A stretch of 62,494 bases of DNA from Neovahlkampfia damariscottae. Its lineage: Eukaryota. The translations under genes were made by a program, and so were the position numbers. Positions 56,834-62,494 of the stretch are shown here, in pieces. The notes beneath the pieces are model-generated. The model was not told the DNA's origin and did no database searches. It worked only from the letters and a program-made list of their open reading frames with translations. The first letter of the stretch is position 1, and each line of letters begins with the position of its first letter. Location: positions 1 to 62,494 of the forward strand of contig JABLTG010000125.1 of the NCBI GenBank assembly GCA_016618085.1. The letters are read 5' to 3'.

Positions 56834-58533
56834 TTATTCATCAATACATGAGCATCTATGAAGATGTTCTTCATAATTTATATTATGATTGACCCTACTT
56901 CCACTTAATGAATCTCTCATTCTTCTTCTAACACTTTCTTCTAATTTTTGCATATTATCTTCAAATTTTTTGTCTTCTTCTATAATATTCAATTTATCAA
57001 TTAAAAAGTTTCCATAGTCTTTGGTATTCAAGTTTTCCAAATTTGAATTCACATCTGATTTTTCAATTGCATTTATCATTGATTCTACTTGTTTTGCACC
57101 TCTTTTTTGAGCAACTGATTGAACAGCCAATGAAGAATCTTTGATTATACTTCCCCAGCCATTTGGTGAAAATACTGACGAAACGGTTAATTGGATGAGA
57201 TGAATTACTATTTAAAGATTGAAATTGAGTTGCGTTATCACCAATTTTACGATAAATTGCAATAGAATAAGTGAACAATAAATAACAATCTTTGATTTCG
57301 ACACCATTTTTAGTCTTAAATTCACATTTAACTTTTTCATTATAATTTAAACCCTATTAGTGTTAATTTTAATTTTAAATTTTTTACTTTAATTGATTCA
57401 TGAATAAAAGGTTTCACCATTTTGATCACCTATAAAATAATTACTAATTTAAAATTCGAACTGTAGTTGTATTTGGATCATAATCATATCCAATAAGATG
57501 AAAATATTTTCTTGGTTCATTCATTGGAAATGGGAATTGGATATCAGCTTCAATTTCCAAAAAACCACAAGGTTTTTTCCATTTCTTATGTTTTTTCTTT
57601 AATTCAATATCACTGTGATACTTTAAAATGTCTACTCTCTCATAGTTTGGATCTAAAGTAGAAATACTATCTATTGATGTTAAGACATTCATGCATCGTT
57701 CAAAAGCATAAGGGAGGGTATAACTATGAAAATTAATGAAATATAGAACAATTACTCATATTTGATTATGACAGCTTTATCAATTAATGATAAATTACCA
57801 ACAAAATTATCACTTGAATATGAGAATGATGATTCAATTGCTTTTTCACATTTTAAATGTTCAGTTGGCCATTCAAATGATTTATACATCAAATCCTTCA
57901 TAAATTTCCAATCATTTTCTGAAATTACAGGAGTAAAAAAATCTTCATCTTGATAGGTATAAACGGTCATTGGTGAAAATAATCTTTGGTCGTTTCTTGG
58001 AAATTGTTTGATAATTTCAATGCATGAATCGGTTTTAGAAAACTATTGGAGTTTATAAATTTAATGGTTAATTCTTACTTCAGAAAAATGAATTGAATCT
58101 AAAACTTTTTCAACAACTTTTTTTGCTTTTCTAAAAATTTCGTTTGGTGATTCATTTAAAACCCAAAGGTTTGAGTAAATTGGATTCATTTGTTCTTGAT
58201 GTAACTTTTGGATTTCTTCCACAATATTCCCAGAAAACTCTGAAATGTGTGAAGAAGAATTCTAAAACTGTTTTAGAAATTGTGAATGTTTTTTTTTACT
58301 TGATCAACATAAGTTTTATAAATCTGATCAAATTTTTTGATTAATGGTTTTGGTTGTTTCAATTTTTCAAAAGAAGTAACTTCTTCAAGAAAAATAAAAA
58401 GATTTGTTTTTTTTTCTTTTTTTAAATAACTTAAGAAACTTTTTTTCATTTTTGGTAGAGTGAAGATAGATTTAAAATCTAAGTAATATGTATCTTCGTC
58501 GTAGTATTGTGATGGTAACATTGAGTGTAACAT
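56834..58533 (-). CDS. RGS-like + START-like domain protein, paralog A (6 introns)
   Basis: KKSFLSYLKKEKKTNLFIFLEEV..F (RGS-like); QFPFPMNEPRKY and NGWG (START-like); frame restored by GT-AG introns. Confidence 0.65.
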
Positions 58534-58612
58534 TTTGTTCTTATCAGATAAGGGATATTTAACCAATGAAAAACATTCCAGAATAATTCTATTTTTAAGA
58601 TATTTTATTCAT

Positions 58613-60245
58613 TTATGCACCAAATCTATCCCTGTACCCATCAAAATCTAATGAGTAATCTATTCTATTTCCAGGTTCTAAATTTTTTTGAACTTTTTCT
58701 CTCACATCGTCATCCAATTTTTGTAAGTTTTCTTCAAATTTTTTGTCTTCTTCTCTAATGTTCAGATTGTTGATCAAATAATTTCCGTAATCTTTCAAGT
58801 TCAAATTTTTAAGAGATAAATTTTCTTCTGAATTTTCCATTGCATTAATCATTAATTCAACTTGTTTAGCTCCTCTTTTGTGAGAAAATAATTGCATCCC
58901 AATTTTATCTCGGACAATATTTCCCCACCCATTGGTTGACACAACTTTCAAAGAATCAAAAAATTATATAAAAAAATACTATTTAAAGAGGTGACTTGAG
59001 TGGTATTTTCTCCAATCTTTCTGTAAGCAGCAATTGAATAAGTCCAAAAAAGATAACAATCTTTGATTTCTATTCCATTTTTGGTGTGAAATTCACATTG
59101 AATTTTTTCTGAGTAATTCAACCCCTTTACTGACTCATTAACGTATGGCTTAACCACTTTAAATAACTAAAATTAGTAAAAAAAATAGATTAAGAAATAC
59201 TGTTGATGTATTTGAATCATAGTCCCAACCAAGAACATGAAAGAATTTTCTTGATTCGGTCATTGGAAAAGGGAATTGCATATCAGCTTCAATTTCAATA
59301 TAACCACGTGGATTTTTCCATTTTGGAAACTTCTTCTTCAATTCTGATGTTTTATGTTCTTTGAGGACTTTTACTCTTTGATGATTTGGATCAAGTTGTG
59401 AAATATTATCAATTGAACTTAAAACATTCATTGTTCTTTCAAAAGAGAAAGGGAGGGCATAACTTGTTGTTAAAAAATAATTTCAATCTTACTCAAATTT
59501 GACACAACATACTTTATCAACTAATGTGACATCTGGAATAAAGTTGTGATTGGTGAATGAGGTAGTAGCTTCAAGTGCCTTTTCAGATTTTAATGATTCA
59601 GATGGCCATTCAAATGATTTATAAATTAGATCTTTCATAAAATTCCAGTCATTTTCAGATAAATTAGGTTCAAAAAAATCTTCATTTGTGTAGTTGAAAA
59701 CTGTTTTTGGAGAAAATAATTTTGGATCATTTCTTGGGTATTGTTTAATAATATCATAACATTCATCGGTTTTTTGAAACTAATTAATTTAAAGAATTCA
59801 ACACTTACTTTTTCAAAATAAATTTTTTGTAGAATGTAGTTCACAACTTTTTTCGCTTCAGCAAAAACTTCATTTGGTTGTTCATTCAACACCCACATTT
59901 TGGAGTATATTGGATTTAATTGTTCAGTGTGCAATTTCCCTATTGAGATGGAAATGGTTTCTGAAACTTCATCCAAACGTTGTGAAGAATTCTGTTTTTT
60001 GAAATTAGTAACAGTAAATTTACCATGTCAATATATTTCTTATAAATTTGATCAAGTTTTTTGATTAAAGGTTTTGGTTGTTCCAATTTTTCAAAAGCAT
60101 CAACTTCTTCAACAAAGAAATAAAGATTTTCTTTGTTTTCATTCTTCAACTTTGCAATGAAGGCTTTCTTCATTTTTGAAACGGTGAAAACTGATTTGAA
60201 TTGTAATTTGTAAGAATCATCATCAAAGAACTGTGTTGGTAGCAT
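58613..60245 (-). CDS. RGS-like + START-like domain protein, paralog B (5 introns)
   Basis: Collinear tandem paralog of 56834-58533 (FEKL.QPKPLIKK, FEWP.E.LK, KRGAKQVE.MINA). Confidence 0.65.
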
Positions 60246-60422
60246 GAGTTTTTGATTGAATTTTCAGCCAATCAATGAGAGGAAAAAAATCTGTTTTGTC
60301 CCGAATCTTAGCGACATTGGGTGTATCAAAAAAGCGCAAAAAGAGATTTTAGTTACGCCCTTTAAAAAAGCAAAGCACAAAAGAGGGTTTTGTTATTCCT
60401 CATGCAATTTTTTCAAAAAATA

Positions 60423-60507
60423 TAGCAGCGACGGGGTTCGAACCCGCGCCCACATACTGTGGAAACGATCTTAAGTCGTACGCCTTGGACCGCTCGGCCA
60501 CACTGCT
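60423..60507 (-). tRNA. tRNA-Leu(TAA)
   Basis: AGCAGTG-TGGCCGAGCGG...ACGA-CT-TAA-GA-TCGT, long variable arm, GGTTCGAACCC...CGCTGCT-A. Confidence 0.95.
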
Positions 60508-60963
60508 TTAATGTCAAAAATTCAACAATTCAAAATTATGAAGAAAGATATTGTTTCTGATCAATATCGTCTTTTGAACTCAGTACAGCATCAAGAGTTT
60601 GTTTGAGAACAAACAAGAAACTATCTTAGCAGTTTGAAGTATTTATATGTGAGGATTTAGCAGAATTAAAAAGAAGAAGACAGTCGACATTTCTGCCGAA
60701 TTTCAATTTATCCTCAAAAAGAATTGAAAACTTCGTTTTGTAGTGCTAAAATAGAGAAAAACAAGAAAATATTTATTTTTTTGACTAAAGATGAAGTTTA
60801 AGGTTAAAATTAGCGTGGAACAAACCAAATCACAAAAAATACCGAAGAAGTTCATCAGATCAATTATTTACATATTTAGTCAAGTTATCCAGTTCACACC
60901 CAAAAAGGTGATTTTAGATTCAATAAAAGCAGATCCAATTTCAATTTTAAATCAACTTCAAAA

Positions 60964-61965
60964 ATGAAATTAATTTGGGTTGCAACAGTTCTCCTTCTCT
61001 TTGCTTTGGTTTTATCAAAGAAAGCACCATCAGGGTATGACAATAATCTCTATGATAAACATGCAGGTGGTTCAAAAGCTCAACAAGATTCAGCTGGAAA
61101 GAAATATTATGCATTATATGATCAAAGTTTATATGATGATGAAAACATCAACAATCAAAGAAATGCTGATGATAAATATGTTGATAATTTCCGTTCTTCT
61201 GATAAATACAATGATGACTATAGTGCAAAAAAGAACAAAAAAGTCTCTGAAAATGATGATCTTGATAAAGATTTCAATGCAATTCGTTACAATAAAAGAA
61301 ATGCAAATGTGAAAAATCAAAAAAAGAAAACACATTTCTCACAAGATGTATTCACTCAAGATGGTGCTCCTTTCGTCACAGACGCAAGATTAAACAAAAA
61401 TCAATTGAGAAAAAGAAATTCTGATTATCAAAAGAAATCATCAAATGCAGGACATCAAGAATCAACAATCAATGAAAGTTATAATGGAGGGTTAGGAAAA
61501 GGTTCACCAATATCACATTCAAGTTCAAAAAAACATTCACAAAAACATAAATTCGGAGACGCCAATGAAAATGGTTGGAATGATTCAGTTGATCAAAAAC
61601 ATTTAGATGATACAAAAAAAATCTCATTGAACATCAAAAAGAAAAAGATCAACTTTGATAATTTAGAGGCAGATCAATACAAAAATAATGATCAAATTGC
61701 GTTTGATAAGAAAGATGCATTAGCTAAAAAAAGATATTCCAAAGATTTACTTGATAATGCTGATTTGAACAGAAATAAATTTGCAAACAAAAATTTAGAT
61801 AAATCAAAAGAAAGATCAAAGAAATTAGTTGCAATCAAAAATGCAAAAAGAAACAGAAATGCTTCAAATAGAAAAGAAAAAGATTCAAGTGATAATATCA
61901 ATCATAGTTATGATGAAAATGATTTTAGAAACAAAAAAATCACCAGGGATCAAAAAAATCATTAA
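60964..61965 (+). CDS. Secreted, highly hydrophilic K/N/D-rich low-complexity protein
   Basis: Signal peptide MKLIWVATVLLLFALVLS; no Cys in the mature region; intronless. Confidence 0.8.
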   Translation: MKLIWVATVLLLFALVLSKKAPSGYDNNLYDKHAGGSKAQQDSAGKKYYALYDQSLYDDENINNQRNADDKYVDNFRSSDKYNDDYSAKKNKKVSENDDLDKDFNAIRYNKRNANVKNQKKKTHFSQDVFTQDGAPFVTDARLNKNQLRKRNSDYQKKSSNAGHQESTINESYNGGLGKGSPISHSSSKKHSQKHKFGDANENGWNDSVDQKHLDDTKKISLNIKKKKINFDNLEADQYKNNDQIAFDKKDALAKKRYSKDLLDNADLNRNKFANKNLDKSKERSKKLVAIKNAKRNRNASNRKEKDSSDNINHSYDENDFRNKKITRDQKNH

Positions 61966-62398
61966 ATTTTTTTTTTAACTTTGATGGCTCCAATTGTTTT
62001 CATCCTATACCTAAACCTAATTCCTAGGGTTTAGGGTCTAGGAATAAGAAGAAATTAAAATTTAAGATGTATTCATTTAATTCTATTAGAATTGGAATTT
62101 TGGTTTCATGTTTTAAAAATGATGCAATTCATGCATATGCATGATTACAAAATTCACTTTTTTCAGAAAATTTGACATTTTACAGATCTTGAAGTGAGCT
62201 TAACCTGGGTAACATATTGGTATTTTCTTTTTGGTATGTGAATTTGTGTCTTGTAGACAATAAAATTTAATTGGTTGAAAAAATTTGTCGCGACATTGCA
62301 GTCAAAATAAAAGAAAATTAAACAACAAACTGAAAGAAGAAAACAGAAAAATGAAAATATGTCATTCGCAGAAAATGTCATTGCAAATAAACTGAATT

Positions 62399-62494
62399 TT
62401 ATTCAGGAGATTCTTCAGAAGGATCCTCAGGAGGTTTTTTATCAAATTCTTGAACAGTTTTCATTCTGACTCTCTTTGTTTTTTCTATTTCTTT
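62399..62494 (-). CDS. 3' end of a gene entering from the right edge
   Basis: Open frame KEIEKTKRVRMKTVQEFDKKPPEDPSEESPE*. Confidence 0.5.
   Translation of the reverse strand, partial: KEIEKTKRVRMKTVQEFDKKPPEDPSEESPE

Noticed and set aside
161..62381. Many short antisense or alternate-frame ORFs in the track (e.g. 509-748, 10575-10943, 13708-13962, 23829-24194, 51699-51953, 55736-56107)
   Set aside because: They overlap well-supported genes, often start at TTG/GTG and show no motifs.
62163..62381. 72-aa hydrophobic minus-strand ORF
   Set aside because: Could be a small TM gene, but there is no motif or splice evidence to support it.
1..62494. Alternative genetic code or stop-codon readthrough
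   Set aside because: In-frame stops in intact genes fall inside GT-AG introns, and TAA, TAG and TGA all terminate genes.

Overview
Very AT-rich, gene-dense eukaryotic nuclear DNA with many short (about 28-48 nt) GT-AG introns, very short intergenic spacers and CCAAT/ATTGG motifs just upstream of many start codons. The gene content (DUF4116 repeats, RCC1-EGF-multi-TM-RGS receptor, IS607-type transposase) suggests a heterolobosean (Naegleria-like) protist; this is inference. I reconstructed about 45 protein genes and pseudogenes by hand-splicing, plus 5S rRNA, three tRNAs (Glu, intron-containing Gly, Leu), a U5 snRNA and a truncated U5 copy. Main leads: (1) a possible 'split BTB' system, in which five proteins of four unrelated folds share a C-terminal [DN]-[LIVC]-[NH]-F-x-F tail resembling BTB strand beta1, and a 46-aa micro-ORF encodes only the next BTB segment (GHQVMLAAQSLFFRKL); (2) nested [D1,2] twin-intron (stwintron) architecture and 2-nt microexons in a family of permuted papain-like (PPPDE/LRAT-type) genes, plus a 7-nt microexon in HSD17B10; (3) the 5' end of an IS607-family transposase at the left edge, which may be linked to a Fanzor2 outside the window; (4) a PAP2 phosphatase-aldonolactone oxidase fusion; (5) a histone H3-tail mimic on an RCC1-like pseudogene in a pseudogene cluster between the two U5 copies. 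All family assignments come from motif recognition by eye, with no database searches.
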